A stretch of DNA of 64,000 nt from Octopus sinensis (taxonomy: Eukaryota): assembly GCF_006345805.1 (NCBI RefSeq), contig NC_043002.1, positions 90,210,001-90,274,000 on the forward strand, read 5' to 3'. A program made the position numbers and the translations under genes. The notes beneath the pieces are model-generated. The model was not told where the DNA came from. It searched no databases and saw only the letters and a program-made list of their open reading frames with translations. Of this stretch, positions 37,799-50,590 are shown piece by piece. Numbering within the stretch: the first letter of the stretch is position 1; each line of letters begins with the position of its first letter.

Positions 37799-37938
37799 TA
37801 ATAATAATAATAATCCTTTCTACTAAAGGCACAAAACCTGGAATTTGTGGGGAAGGAGTTAGTCAATTACATCGACCCCCAGTATATGACTGGTGCTTTT
37901 TCTATTGACCCTGAAAGGATTAAATGCCAAGTCTTTCC

Positions 37939-37983
<45 letters not shown>

Positions 37984-38125
37984 TCTCATATCTGCTAATT
38001 TACCAATTGGTTTCATGTAATGGTACAGTATGGTTTCTTTGCTATGAAGCATCTGGAAGTATCACATAATTTGCAAGTCTTATATCTGTTATAACAATAT
38101 TAAAAAAAAACTGGAATGGAATCAC

Positions 38126-38167
38126 CCATTTTGTATAATGATGGTTCTCATTTGCAACTATCACATG
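38126..38167 (-). CDS. Weak candidate exon (HVIVANENHHYTKW)
   Basis: 42 nt, phase 0-0, acceptor cttatctagacag, donor TGG|gtgatt. Confidence 0.35.
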
Positions 38168-38357
38168 CTGTCTAGATAAGAAGAGACATGCATGCATGCA
38201 CTCATATATACTCATGTTTACACACTCATATATAACAAGTTTCTTTCAGTTTTCATCTACTAAATTTACTATAGTTGAAGACACTTGCCTGAGGTGCTCT
38301 GCAAGTGAAACTGAACTCAAAATCCATTGTAATTGGAATGGAAATTTCTTAACTATA

Positions 38358-38417
<60 letters not shown>

Positions 38418-39329
38418 GGAGAGTTCACGAAAAAAGCAAAAAAACGAAGACAGGTGCTGTACAAATCAAACAGATGTATTAGTATAATGCTTAGGAATTG
38501 AAAAAGTCTTTTACGTTTCGAGCCTACGCTCTTCTACAGAAAGGGATACGGAAAAAGAGAGAAACAAGGAGAGAAAAAAAATGTGTAGTGGCTGGCACGT
38601 AAAAAACACCCAGCACCCTCTGTAAAGTGGTTGGTGTTAGAAAGGGCATCCAGCTATAGAAACCATGCCAAAACAGACAATTGGAGTCTGGCCAGCTCTT
38701 ATCAAACTGTCCAACCCATGCCAACATGGAAAATGAGCATTAAATGATGATGATGATAGGGTGTATATGTTTATGTATATGTGTGTGTATATGCATGTAT
38801 GTGTATGTATATATATATACTTTCCTTATAGTCATATACATGCATTCTGTACTCAAGATACATCTACACACACACACACACAAATGTATGTATGTATAAA
38901 ATGTCACCTTTTCATACTCCAGTGTGTGAGATGTGTGGTCATGTAAGTGGAGAAGAGGTGATATTTGACCCATACATGCATATATACATACATGTGCACA
39001 TGTATATCTGTATTTACTAAAGCAATGTGCTAACAAAGACTGATTTGTATGTAATACATAGAAGAATTCTTTTGTGAGTCTTTATCAATGTTTTACTGCT
39101 TGTCCATATGTAGCCTCTGTATTTCATCTTAGTACATGCAATACCTGGATTGAAATTTCACCTTTATTTTTCTATTATAGTTCTTATTTCACCATGGGTG
39201 TTTTATCCTTTCCCTTTTCTTTTCTTTTTTGTTTTCTTCTCTTAAGTTCTGTTTTATAAGAACCAACAGGAATCTCTGCAGAATGTCCTTTATCCATCCC
39301 TTTGTATATTTATGTGTTCATTTAACATT

Positions 39330-39660
39330 GGAGAAAGAGATATTTGAATGGACAAAAGTGTACAAAGAAATAATAAATCTCAATTCTGAGTGTGAGGTTA
39401 AACAGTATGAAATGTTTGAACTTTTTCTTGAGAATCGTCAAGGAACCTAGAGACATTGTTATAGCACCAAATTTACTTTGAATAAGCATTACTTAAAAAA
39501 AATGTAAGGTTAAAAAATTATAACTTGGTAAAGTGCATGATATAAACGTAGCATGTGGACAATGTTTATAATAATGGATGCGTCCCCAATTCCGGGCTTT
39601 ATGACAGAAAAGTCTCTGGAATGGTGCAGTTCAAAACATGTTTTCATACAATAGCTCTGA
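39330..39660 (+). mobile_element. Possible highly degraded CR1-group LINE 3' remnant
   Basis: KVYKEIINL..MFELF..GT*RHCY loosely resembles the CR1 EVYKI..FFEL..TRGH motif. Confidence 0.3.
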
Positions 39661-40019
39661 GATGAGTAAGTTGTCATTCTTTGAACTGGTAATATCTTCT
39701 GGGCCGTTTCTATCTCTTACATTATATTTCAATCTCTTTTACTACTACTCCAGTTGTAAAAGAAAAGAAAAAAAAAGATTTCAGGAAATAAGTGATGCAA
39801 TGTGTGTGTATAGGGGTTTACTATCTGTTAATAAGATATGCAATAAAGCGAATTTATCTCTAAACAAAACATCTATCATCATCATCATCTTCATCATCAG
39901 CATCAGCAGCAGCATCAGCATCATCAGCATCATCATCATCATCATCATTGTTAATGTCACCACTGCTCTTTCATGAGATTTTTTCTGCATCACTTCCTAC
40001 ATAATTCCCTCTTACATAT

Positions 40020-40330
40020 CAGATAAAGCCACTTCCCACAATACTCTGGAATTTCATCTCCTGTGTTCCCTGTATTCACTTTGTTCTTTGACATGTTGAT
40101 CTTTTATAGTTTTAGATTCTAAATCATAATTCTGACTTTGGAACATTTTTCTGCTACTCTTTGACAGATTCTGCTGCAAGTACCAGGTCATTAGCATATG
40201 AATTGTTCCCTTGGTAGTGCTGCAGGCAGCACATTGGTCTCTTAATATAAAAATCTAAAAATCCCTCAATGATGACTAAGTGATGAGTTCTTGTAATTAA
40301 TTCTCTGGTAATTGATTTCATAGAAACGGC
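40020..40330 (-). mobile_element. Degraded RTE reverse-transcriptase fragment
   Basis: YANDLVLAAESVKE* followed by LESK..KINMSKNKV matches the YADDLVL.AES..L...KVN..KTK core. Confidence 0.7.
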
Positions 40331-41589
40331 CCTTTTGTTCCTGTTATTTGTGAGGAAACAAGCAGAGATCATGGATGCTGTGACATTACTAATTACTAGT
40401 CTCATTCTAATTATTCCATCATTTATTCTTGTTAACTTATTTACACTCACTCACCAACCCACCTATCTACAGCATATTTGCTGAGAAGAATTTTTATCTG
40501 TGTTCTTTGATTGTGAAGCATCTGGCTGAAATGCCTTTCCATCTAGCAGTTCTGATCCATCTTTTATCCATCATTTATCTATTTTATTCCTTAATCAACA
40601 TAGTACGATAAGTGTCACCTAGTGGTGTTTAATGTTTCAGTTAACAAAGGCGCGGCTGTGTGGTAAGAATCTTGCTTCCCAACTACATGGTTCAAGGTTC
40701 AGTCCCACTGTGTGACACCTTGGGAAAATGTTTTCTACTATAGCTTTGGGTCCACCAAAGCCTTGTGAGTGAATATGGTAGACGGAAACTGAAAGAAGCC
40801 CATTGTATATTTGTATATATCTGTATATATCTGAGGGCATCTGTCCTTGCGTCTGTGTTTGTTCCTCCAACCCACTGCTTAGCAACTGGTGTTGGTGTGT
40901 TTATGTCCCTGTAACTTAGTGGTTTGATAAAAGAGACTGATAGAATTAAGTAGCAGACTTTTAAAAAATAAGTATTGAAGTCGATTCATTTGAATAAAAA
41001 TTCTTCAAGGAGGTGCCCCAGCATGGCCACTATCTAATGACTGAAACAAGTAGAAGATAAAAGATAAAGGGCCTTTGATCTTCGATGCTTTTCTTCTCCC
41101 TCCATGTCAAGAACATATAATCTTTCAATGCTGGATTCCAAACATTATTGCAGTAAGCATAGAGAAAACAGACTGTATATATCTCTTAAAGCTGTTTGTT
41201 TGTTCCTTCTCAAGCCATACCTAGCTCATAAGGGCTGGCCTCCTGGTTTCCTTGGCATATAGGTTCCCCACCTGGATGGGACACCAGTCCATCGCAGGTG
41301 AGCTGCAAGATGCAGAAGTAAAGAGTGAGAGAAAGTTGTGGTGAAAGAGCCAGCAGAAGTTTGCCACTAACTTCTGCTGGAGCTGTGTGGAGCTTAGGTG
41401 TTTCGCTCATAAACACACACATTGCCCGGTCTGAGATTCAAACCAGCGATCCCTCAACCATGAGTTCGCTGCACTAACCACTAGGCCATGTGCCTCCACA
41501 TCTCTTAAAGACTTGGTGTATCACTTTTGTGTCATTCTATGAAACAGTTGAGATATAAATCTTCCTATAGCTAGGACACTATTGCAGGT

Positions 41590-41835
41590 AACATCTCCAC
41601 ATAGTTTACTCCATATTTCTAACAAGTAGTTTCCTCCCTGTTCCCATGCAGGTAACATCCTCAGGTAGTCTTTCCTCTATTCTCAACAGGTAACATGCCC
41701 AGATATTCTATCTATTCCTAGTAGAAAACATATCCAGGTGGTCCACTCCTTATTCCCAGCAATTAACATTCTCAGGTGGAATGTTTCCTATTCACAACAG
41801 GTAAAATATGCAGGTAGTCTGTTACCTGTTCTGAA
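41590..41835. repeat. Degenerate ~37-40 bp tandem repeat (caggtaacat..caggtagt..tcctattc)
   Basis: The caggta motif recurs at regular spacing about six times. Confidence 0.55.
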
Positions 41836-41892
41836 CAACTAAGTTAATCGGAAATACAACGTCCAGACCCATAAACATTACCAAATACTTAC

Positions 41893-41911
41893 AACAGATT
41901 TCAGCTCATGA
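41893..41911 (-). CDS. Candidate micro-exon (HELKSV)
   Basis: 19 nt, phase 2-0, strong donor GTT|gtaagt, acceptor catctgtag. Confidence 0.4.
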
Positions 41912-42512
41912 CTACAGATGCTTCTTTTCATAACTTAGTCAAAGGAGAAAAAAAAGAACCCATGGTCTTTTTCAGGGTCTTTGGTATTGGCATTAATGGA
42001 AGAAAGGGCAGTATCATTGGATCAGGGACCTGGTCTATAAGTTTGCTTTAGAGAAGGCTCTGTTAAAAGCCTTCAAGGGTCAGGTAGTGATGTTAAAATA
42101 AGCAATGACAAATTAAGTCCACCACACAGGAGCAGGAATGGTTCCTTTAATGAGCTTCTGCAGTTTCCATCTACCGAATTCCTCTCACAAGATTTAGGTG
42201 GAAGACACTTGCTGAAGATCATCTGAAAGTAATAATGTGTGTGGTGTCTTTGCATCTATGTTTATGTCCCATCAGCACTTGACAATTGGTGTTGGTGTGT
42301 TTATGTCCCTCTAACAACTTTACAGTTCAGCCAAAAAGAGAAAGAGGCCAATAGAATAAGTACTAAGATTTAAAGAATAAGTATTGAGTTCAATTCATTT
42401 GACTAAAATTCTTCAAGGCTTTGCTCCAGCATGGCCACAATCTAGTGATTGAAACATAGAAAAAATTAAAGTTAAACAATAGAAACTGAAAGAAGCCTGT
42501 CACATATATATA

Positions 42513-42570
<58 letters not shown>

Positions 42571-42574
<4 letters not shown>

Positions 42575-43413
42575 CTCTTTTACTTGTTTTAGTCATTTGA
42601 CTGTGGCCATGTTGGAGCACCACCTTTAGTCGAGCAAATTGAACCCCAGGACTTATTCTTTGTAAGCCTAGTACTTATTCTATTGGTTTCTTTTGCCAAA
42701 CTGCTAAATTACGGGCAAGCACACCAGCATCGGTTGTCAAGCAATGCTGGTGGGACAAACACAGACACACAAACATATATACGCACATATATATAGACAT
42801 ATATACAATGGGCTTCTTTCAGTTTCCATCTACCAAATTCACACACAAAGCTTTGGTCGGCCCAAGGCTATAGTAGAAGACACTTGCCCAAGGTACCATG
42901 CAGTGGGACTGAACCCAGAACCATGTGGTTGGTAAGCAAGCTACTTACCACACAGCCACTCCTACACCTATATATATATATATAATATATATATATATAT
43001 ATAATATATATATATATACATACTCTTTTACTTGTTTTAGTCATTTGACTGTGGCCATGTTGGAGCACCACCTTTAGTCGAGCAAATTGAACCCCAGGAC
43101 TTATTCTTTGTAAGCCTAGTACTTATTCTATTGGTTTCTTTTGCCAAACTGCTAAATTACGGGCAAGCACACCAGCATCGGTTGTCAAGCAATGCTGGTG
43201 GGACAACACAGACACACAAACATATATACGCACATATATATAGACATATATACAATGGGCTTCTTTCAGTTTCCATCTACCAAATTCACACACAAAGCTT
43301 TGGTCGGCCCAAGGCTATAGTAGAAGACACTTGCCCAAGGTACCATGCAGTGGGACTGAACCCAGAACCATGTGGTTGGTAAGCAAGCTACTTACCACAC
43401 AGCCACTCCTACA

Positions 43414-43430
<17 letters not shown>
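42571..43430 (-). mobile_element. Tandemly duplicated SINE family A copy (period ~448 bp)
   Basis: Units starting at 42571 and 43019 are almost identical and are separated by (TA)n. Confidence 0.9.
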
Positions 43431-43484
<54 letters not shown>

Positions 43485-44012
43485 AAATGAAGCACTGCCT
43501 TGAAAGGTTTTAGCCGAACGAATCAACTCCAAGACTTATTTGATTTTTAAGCCTAGTACTTATTCTATCAGTCTTTTTGCTGAACTGCTAAACTACAGGG
43601 ATGTAAACACACCAACACCAGTTATCAAGTGGTGATGGGAGGGGGGGTACATACACAGACACAAAGACATGCACACACATATATATATGTGATGACTGGC
43701 GTTGGTATGTTTACATCTCTCTAATTTAGCAGTACAGCAAAAGAGACTGATAGAGTAAGTACTAGGCTTAAAAATCAAATAAGTCTTGGAGTTGATCTGT
43801 TCAGCTAAAACCTTTCAAGGCGGTGCTCCTGCTTGGCTGCTGTCAAATGACTGAAACAAGTAAAAGAATAAAAGAATTAAAATCATTGCAGTTATCTATG
43901 GTTCAGGCCTCAACAACAGTTGCACTTAATCATGGTGCTGGACTTTTGAAGTTAACAAGGCTTTTAATGATTATTTTCTTAATCAAAATTAATATGGTCA
44001 TGCCTATATAAC

Positions 44013-44111
44013 TTGTTGAAAATCATTTCGATATTCTTGACTGGTATAATACTTAATCCAATTAAGCTTCCATTGACAGTTCCACTGTCATCAATTTCCA
44101 ATATTAGTGAC
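44013..44111 (-). CDS. Weak candidate exon ((R)SLILEIDDSGTVNGSLIGLSIIPVKNIEMIFN)
   Basis: 99 nt, phase 2-2, protein-like frame, but weak splice signals (aaatag, CAA|gttata). Confidence 0.3.
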
Positions 44112-44195
44112 CTATTTGACCTTTGACGTCTGACCTTACAGAACAAACCAAAACAAAAGCAGTTACGGGTAAACCAATACAGGAATACTCTTTAC

Positions 44196-44206
44196 CTACT
44201 CAAAAC
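44196..44206 (-). CDS. Candidate 11-nt micro-exon (VLS(R))
   Basis: Strong acceptor ttttccttttctcag, donor TAG|gtaaag, phase 0-2. Confidence 0.4.
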
Positions 44207-44954
44207 CTGAGAAAAGGAAAATTATCCAATCTGTGAACAGGAAATAAACTATTATTGATCATTTATTGATTAGGCTGATATCCAAAATATCCTATCGGTT
44301 GAAAAGACAGAAATAATGCATGATTGATGGGGTTTAAACAGGCTTTCTTGATAGGGATGCTTCAATTTCCTTGATTTTTATAATATTTTTTTTTATTGCA
44401 TTTCTTTCTCTTCCTTTATTTTTTTATTGTGTGAGTTTATATGTATATGCAGAATATGCTGATCCTATAGATATTTCAGGAACAATTGTTTTGCTCCATA
44501 AATTCTGACCTGAGAACCTAATACAGTGAAATGCTACTCCAGGTTTCGCCATTCCTGTATTGATAATCAATAATATTAAATTCTGTCAATTTAGATTGAA
44601 AACTACCTGTTCTCTGTCAAAGCCTGCTGTTATTATGCATGTATACTTTTATACCTATAAACTATGTATATATACTTCTGTGGCTTTATACTATATTTAT
44701 ATATCTATATGCCATATTTATATAATTTCATAATTATGTAATATATTTATATACTTTGATACATATACAATTGTATATGTACTATAGTATGTATACATGC
44801 TATATGTACTATGTACTATATTTCTATACTTCTATACCTATATATTATATATAAATACTTTTATAATGATGAACTATATTTATGTACTTTGATACATACC
44901 TATATAATATCTATAAATGCTTTACAATGATGTACTATATTTATATACTTTGGT

Positions 44955-45420
44955 GGCCAATGCCAGCGCCGCCTTGACTGGCTTCTGTGCCGGTGGTACA
45001 TGACCTGCTGTGCTTGAGGAGACCTATTGAATCAAGTACATCAACATCAAAATAAATACCAAATGGAAATTGTAGTTGTGTTACCTGTGCCAGTGACACG
45101 TAAAAAGCACCATCCGAACGTGGCTGATGCCAGCGCCACCTTGACTGGCTTCTGTGCCGGTGGCACATAAAAAGCACCAACCGATCATGGCCGCTGCCAA
45201 CCTCCCTTGGCACTTGTGCCGGTGGCATGTACAAAGCACCCACTACACTCATGGAGTGGTTGGCGTTAAGAAGGGTATCCAGCTGTAGAAACACTGCCAG
45301 ATCAGACTGGAGCCTGGTGCAGCCACCTGGCTTCCTAGATCCCGGTCAAACCGTCCAACCCATGCTAGCACGGAAAACGGACGTTAAACGATGATGATAA
45401 TGATGATGATGATGATGATA
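44955..45420 (+). mobile_element. RTE-tail-type retroposon, long copy
   Basis: Colinear with the reverse complement of 14800-15310, (GAT)n tail. Confidence 0.88.
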
Positions 45421-46495
45421 TTATATTTATATATATATCTATGCTAATATAGGATATTTCTATATTTCTATACTTCTATGCTACATATAAGCACTTTTAT
45501 AATGATATACTATATTCATATACTTCTATATATTTGTACTATAATTATATACTTCTGTACCATATTTAAATATCCCTGAACATATTTTTTTAATCTTTAC
45601 TTGTTTCAGTCATTAGACTCCAGCCATCCTTGGGCACCGCCTCAAAGAACCTTTAGTCAAATGAATCGACCCCAGTACTTAATTTCTGTTAAGTCTGGTA
45701 CTTATTCTATTGGTCTCTTTTGTCAAACCACTAAGTTACAGGAACATAAACAAACCAACACCAGTTGTCAAGTGATGGTGGGGGACAAACACAGACACAC
45801 ACACACACACACACACATATATGTATGACAGGCTTCTTTCAGTTTCCAGCAATCAAATCACTCACAAGGCTATAGTAGAAGACACTTGCCCAGGGCATCA
45901 CACAGTGGGACTGAACCTTGAACCATGTGGCTGGGAAGCAAGCTTCTTACCACATAATATACTATATTTATATCCTTATATTCTATACCTATATACTCCT
46001 ATACCTTTATACTATATTCATTTTCTTCTAAGCCTATGTAGTATATTTACATGCTCCTATATCTATCTATTATATTCATATCCTATACTAATATATTTCT
46101 ATACTATACACCTATATTATACCCGTATACTACAACTATATATTATGTCGATATGCTTCTATAATTCTATATCTATGATCTTGTGTAATAATATATACTA
46201 CCCTATATACAAAGCACTGGTGTAAGTGTTGGTACCACATAAAAAGCACACAGAGGAAATGTTGGGTCTATTCTTCAACATGTTGGTCCCCACACAGCAC
46301 TAGAGCTACCCAGTCTGGAAATTAAAACCATGATCTGACAATCATGGGTGCAACACCCTATCAACTTGGCCAATGTCTTTCAAACTTTTTGGTTCCGACC
46401 CATTTTATTTAACTCACAATCCACTGAAGGGTCACATGTACTAGGCCACATGCTTTCATTAATCAGTGAAATTAATTACTTGCTGAGTGAGTTAC

Positions 46496-46517
46496 CATCT
46501 GTGTCACTTTTGCAAAC
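46496..46517 (-). CDS. Candidate micro-exon ((R)FAKVTQM)
   Basis: 22 nt, phase 2-0, acceptor tattattatcag, donor ATG|gtaact. Confidence 0.45.
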
Positions 46518-46743
46518 CTGATAATAATATCACAACACTATCTTGTCTTTTACTTATTTCAGTAACTAGACTGCAGCCATACTGGGGTACCACCTTGAAG
46601 AATTTTTTGTCAAATGCATGGACCCTAGTACATAGGTCTTTCTTAAAGCCTGGTACTTATTCTATCAGTCTCTTTTGTTGAACCACTAAGTTGTGAGAAC
46701 ACAGACACATCAACACCAGTTGTCAAGCAGTGATGGGGGATAA

Positions 46744-46779
<36 letters not shown>

Positions 46780-48842
46780 CAGGCTTCTTTCAGTTTCTGT
46801 CTACCAAATCCACTCACAAGACCCTGGTCAGCCTGAGGCTATAGTAGAGTACACTTGCCCAAAGTGCTGGTACAACGTCGGTAATTTTAGGGAGTAAGGG
46901 TTTGTTGCATGATTACATGTTTTATAATTTAATTTGACATGCGTTTGAAATAACTTGAAGTTTCATATTATATATTTGAACGGATTAATAAAGTTTGTTG
47001 TCATAGTTATTCTTAGGCATGTTCATGCCCCATCTTGCAAGAAGCAAATCAGTTCCATAAATGTTTCGCAGCATGGAAAACGAGTTTGCTAGTACCTATT
47101 TACTCAATATATGTACTATACCCTATACTATACCCCTATACTGCTTCTATACTTACCCATATGTTACCTCCATACTACACCTATACAAAATACTTATTTA
47201 CAATACCTTTGTTCTATATTTCTATGCTATACCTCTTAATATCTCTGTATTATACTGTACTATTTCTATTATATTATTATATTATACTATTATCTACTAT
47301 ATTATACTATATCTATTTTATTATACTATTTCTATACTATACTTCTATATTATACCCCTAGGCTATACCCGTATCATTGACTCTATGTATCATATGCCTG
47401 CTGTGCATTGATGACACTACAACAAAAATCTTCCTTATTGAGTGTGAGTTTTCCTATCAGATGAAACTATAGTGTTACTTCATTCTGACTTTCTCAAACC
47501 GTTTTCTTGGCAGAGATAATGGGATGTTTTGCCATTGCCTTCCCCAACTGAGTGGTTGTTGGCCCTCAGGGATCTCATCCACCTTTCAGTAAGTTTTGTT
47601 TTTAGTCCTGAAGGGTGTCCAGACACACCCTCTTCACAAGAATAGTAAGCTACTCAAGTAGGGGAGCTGGTTTAGTCACTGACCACTCGACCATGAAACA
47701 GGGAGTACTAGCTTACATGGTACCACTAGCAGGTTTCATCAGCCTGTGATGAGTTCCCTAACCTGACCTAGATACATCATCATCATCATTGTTTAACGTA
47801 CTCCTTCCATGCTGGCATGGGTTGGAGGGTTTGACAGGAGCTGGCCTGGCAGATGACTGCACCAGACTTCTATGTTTTGGCATGGTTTTTATGGTTGGAT
47901 GCCCTTTCTAATGCCAAGCCTCTGCAGTGTGGGCTGAGTGCTTTTTATGTGGCACCAGCACAGGTGAGGTCAGTTTTGACATGGATTTTACAGCTGGATG
48001 CCCTTCCAAATGCCAACCACTTTAGAGTGTGTACTAGATGTTTTTCAAGTGGTACCAGCACTGGCAGGGTCACCAACTAATTTGCAAGACAAGGAATCTT
48101 TGAGAGGGGAGGGGGCATTGGAGGAGGTGATCTTGAAGTAAGTACATGGTTACCCAGCCAGTAGTATATATAACACCCATATAGTATCCCTATATACCTC
48201 TGTACCATGTCTTTATATGTATATACTATATCTTTATTATAAACATGCTATACCTGTACACTAACTTACCCCTATTTCTTAGATCTACACAAAAAGAAGC
48301 TCTTAATATTGTTATTAAGCCTCAAGTTAGCCCTGACTGAACAAACTTATAATGAAAGGCATTCCAACCATGACCGTTTTACCTTTTTTCAGACATAGTA
48401 TATCCTGGGCTACATTATTCAATGTGTTCTTTGAATAACTGTTTCTCGCTCTTTTTCTCTTCCTAGAAATGTAATGGCTTGTCTTCACTAAATTTACACT
48501 TCCATCATACTAACATTTATAGCTTTATTGCTCTCCTTCATTCCAATTTCTAGATAAAGATTGCAATGTGTGATGATGAACACCAGTTAATGCCTTTTTA
48601 TGGAATGTAAATTAGAGAGGTTTATTAAATTTGTTAGATCTGAGATAAACTTTACAACCATTGCTTATCTTTAAACCTCACTTTGCTACTATGCATTGTT
48701 TTAGTTATCTGGCAGTTGCAACATTATTAATGCCAACTGGTTGTAATGACAATTTAATCTTATTGATTTATGTAATGGTTGTTAATTACCTTTTGGGATT
48801 TATTGATAACTGAAGTAGTTACATAAATTAGTTAGTTCATAC

Positions 48843-48876
48843 CTTGAGTAGTCTCTTTGATTGATTACCTCTTCAC
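48843..48876 (-). CDS. Candidate micro-exon ((G)EEVINQRDYS(R))
   Basis: 34 nt; only phase 1 is open. Acceptor gagttacag, donor AAG|gtatga. Confidence 0.55.
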
Positions 48877-48946
48877 CTGTAACTCTATGAAGTATTAGAA
48901 ACATAAACCTATACAACTTATGCTTGACACAATCTGTGGTATTTAC

Positions 48947-48967
48947 CAGCTTGTATTTTCCAAGTGT
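48947..48967 (-). CDS. Candidate micro-exon ((N)TWKIQA)
   Basis: 21 nt, phase 1-1, acceptor aatattttag, donor CTG|gtaaat; 70-nt intron to the next exon. Confidence 0.5.
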
Positions 48968-49920
48968 CTAAAATATTCTTGATTGATAGCTCTTATTAGC
49001 CAAATATCTTTTTATACAAAGACATGATCTCTCTGCCTGACTTAGTAAAGTAACAGTAATAACTTCAGATTGATTAAAAATTAAAAAAGAAAAACATAGC
49101 AAGGATAGAGCGAATCTATCTGTCTTTAGTTCATATCATCATTGCTAACTATTGTTAACTATTTTATAGTGAATTCATCTGACTCTAGTTCATATCATCA
49201 TTGCTAACTATTGTTTTTGTAATTGTCCATTAGATTATAGTTTATGTTCCACTTTTATAGTGTAATTCTTCCTCTTGTTTTCTCCTTTTCTATCACCAAT
49301 ATCATCATCATCATCATTAACATCACATCATTGTCATTGTCACCATCATCTTCTTTGTCTTTTTTTAACCATACTTCCAGGGCTTGGATATGTCTCAACA
49401 TGTCTTGCCTCTTGTCACATTCCTGTAATCTGACACACATTGCAACAGAGAAAGTCTTCATGTCCTGGCATGGGTTTTCACAGCTGAATGCTCTTCCAGT
49501 TACCAACCATTTTACAGTGCTGCTATATTCCATTGTGCCAAGGGTGCCACATAGACTAAAACTGTTGTGCCATTGGTGAGACATGTAAAGATGATAATGA
49601 ATAAACACTCATGTTCTTCCCATTCTATTTATTGCTTTTGTAACTATTATTTCTTCATGCTATTTTATGAATGGCTCTGAAGTAATTCTTTCTAGGCTGA
49701 TTTCTTCATGGCATCCAAATAGTTTGAAACTAAATCAGAACCAATAAAAATGAGATTTTACTTATATTTTCCTCAATATTTTCTAATGTGAAGTGTGTTT
49801 TTTTTTTTTTGTACAGTATCAACCACCATGGTCTGAACTTAAACCACAAAATAGCATTTAGTTGAGTATCTTGAAATACTGTATTAAAATTTGCTAGAGA
49901 TTTCTCAAGACTATATGTAA

Positions 49921-50150
49921 CCCTTTTTGTTACTAAATATATGTTGAAATATACTGCCTTTATTTTAATTGGTTTTGAAAATAATGAAGAACTTTATTTA
50001 AATATCCTCATCATTATTAAGTTTTTAAAGCATTTTGAAATATAAGTTAACATGAAATTTTGATGGAAAGTTCTAATTTAGATCACTTTAGAACAGGGAA
50101 CTTGTAGCATAGAACCAAGGCTGGTTTCAGGCAAGTTAGTATCAGAAGGG
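49921..50150 (-). mobile_element. Degraded piggyBac-like MITE
   Basis: CCCTT..AAGGG termini, reverse-complement homology to 50371-50590, degenerate flanks. Confidence 0.55.
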
Positions 50151-50211
50151 TTGTGTAATGAACAAAAATGAAGTAAAACAAAACACTTTTTATTAACTAA
50201 ATCGGTCTTAC

Positions 50212-50256
50212 TTAACAGTTTTTGGACTACTTCCTTCTGGTGATGGGCTTTTGCAC
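50212..50256 (-). CDS. Candidate exon ((G)AKAHHQKEVVQKLL)
   Basis: 45 nt, phase 1-1, acceptor cctttatatctcag, donor TAA|gtaaga. Only this frame stays open through the next two exons. Confidence 0.6.
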
Positions 50257-50370
50257 CTGAGATATAAAGGTTTTTGTAAAACTTCCTGCATTGTTAGAAA
50301 CTTTCTTTATTTTCCTTTTCTTTTTCTACTTCTATGCTACAATGCTTCAAGCAGACTACTATGCTCTTAA

Positions 50371-50590
50371 CCCTTTCATTACCAACCTGGCTGAAACCGG
50401 CTCTGGCTCTGAGTACAAATGTCTTGTTTTCATCAGTTTTGAATAAAAATCTTCCACGAAACCTTAGTCACAATTTATGTTCCTAACACTAGCTTAATGA
50501 TAACTAAGTTATTTTACTAAATTCTTTGTTATATTTAAAGTAATTGAAAGAAGCAGAGAGCATCACAAAATAAATAGAGTAACGAAAGGG
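50371..50590 (+). mobile_element. piggyBac-like MITE
   Basis: TTAA|CCCTTTCATTAC ... GTAACGAAAGGG|TTAA: CCC termini and TTAA target duplication. Confidence 0.85.

Noticed and set aside
46990-47095. Minus-strand frame VLANSFSMLRNIYGTDLLLARWGMNMPKNNYDNKLY*
   Set aside because: Poor acceptor, no donor before the stop, and not needed by the exon chain.
44640-48280. Several TATAC/CTATA-rich stretches with Tyr/Ile/Leu ORFs
   Set aside because: Low-complexity AT-rich sequence without a definable unit or splice support.
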